Part shown: positions 56,999 to 57,269 of the stretch, one piece after another
Layout: each line of letters begins with the position of its first letter
How positions within the stretch are numbered: the first letter of the stretch is position 1
DNA from: a virus
Lineage: Duplodnaviria > Caudoviricetes
Reading direction: 5' to 3' (one strand)
Length of the DNA stretch: 57,269 nt
Virus record (IMG/VR): IMGVR_UViG_3300025120_000060
Location: 1-57,269 of that record
Program-made: the position numbers and the translations under genes
The notes under the pieces: model-generated
Seen by the model: the letters and a program-made list of their open reading frames with translations, nothing else
What the model was told of the DNA's origin: nothing
Database searches by the model: none

Positions 56999-57269
56999 TG
57001 AAGCAACTTGCAATCATATTACTTTTATTCACCACTGTAGCTATCGTTACAGACTCAAGAGCAAATACAAATACCGTGTCGTCAACAGTTTTAAACAATG
57101 CACCTGCTACAGCGAACGCACCGACTGTCCTCAACTCAAATTCTGATATTTGCAAAATTGGAATTGGCGGAAGTGTTCAAAATAATATTTTAGGTGTAGC
57201 TACAGGTTACGTCATCACAGACGAATTTTGTGAGCGTGTTCGCACAAGTCGTGCATTATATTCCTACGG
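56998..57269 (+). CDS. N-terminal half of the protein spanning the circular junction
   Basis: GTG start; signal-like KQLAIILLLFTTV; open to the window end and in frame with 2..274. Confidence 0.8.
   Translation, partial: MKQLAIILLLFTTVAIVTDSRANTNTVSSTVLNNAPATANAPTVLNSNSDICKIGIGGSVQNNILGVATGYVITDEFCERVRTSRALYSY

Noticed and set aside
1-57269. tRNA/rRNA genes, integrase, RNA polymerase
   Set aside because: None recognised by eye; tRNAscan and HMM searches are needed to exclude them.

Overview
The window appears to be a complete, circularly closed ~57.3 kb genome of an AT-rich tailed phage. The ORF starting at 56998 runs off the end and continues in frame into position 1. Gene content resembles marine podovirus-like phages, possibly of pelagic Alphaproteobacteria (inference). 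Modules: head/tail/ejection genes (1-26.1 kb and 43.4-57.3 kb: TerL, portal, GroES, scaffold, MCP, tail tubular proteins, fibre, lysozyme); an island of six 2OG-Fe(II) oxygenases and two glycosyltransferases; replication (SNF2 helicase, SSB-like, primase, UvrD, family A polymerase); and an accessory/regulatory region (35.4-43.3 kb). The standout is at 35.5-37.8 kb: a promoter, a ribbon-helix-helix gene, a RAMP/Cas7-like gene with a C-terminal glycine-rich loop, a partner gene, and a ~465-bp non-coding array. The array has nine units delimited by GGCAGG, each made of 8-11 pentamers with a fixed GGY-like triplet plus a variable dinucleotide. This looks like a non-CRISPR RNA-guided system with a non-contiguous guide code (VIPR-like). 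Other structure includes a four-copy fixed-spacing tripartite motif near the terminase genes, a shared GTTGGGAT operator-like box in several promoters, an iteron-like GTAAC cluster, a kissing-loop RNA leader after the capsid gene, and Cys-rich micro-ORFs. All protein calls come from motif recognition by eye, not from searches.
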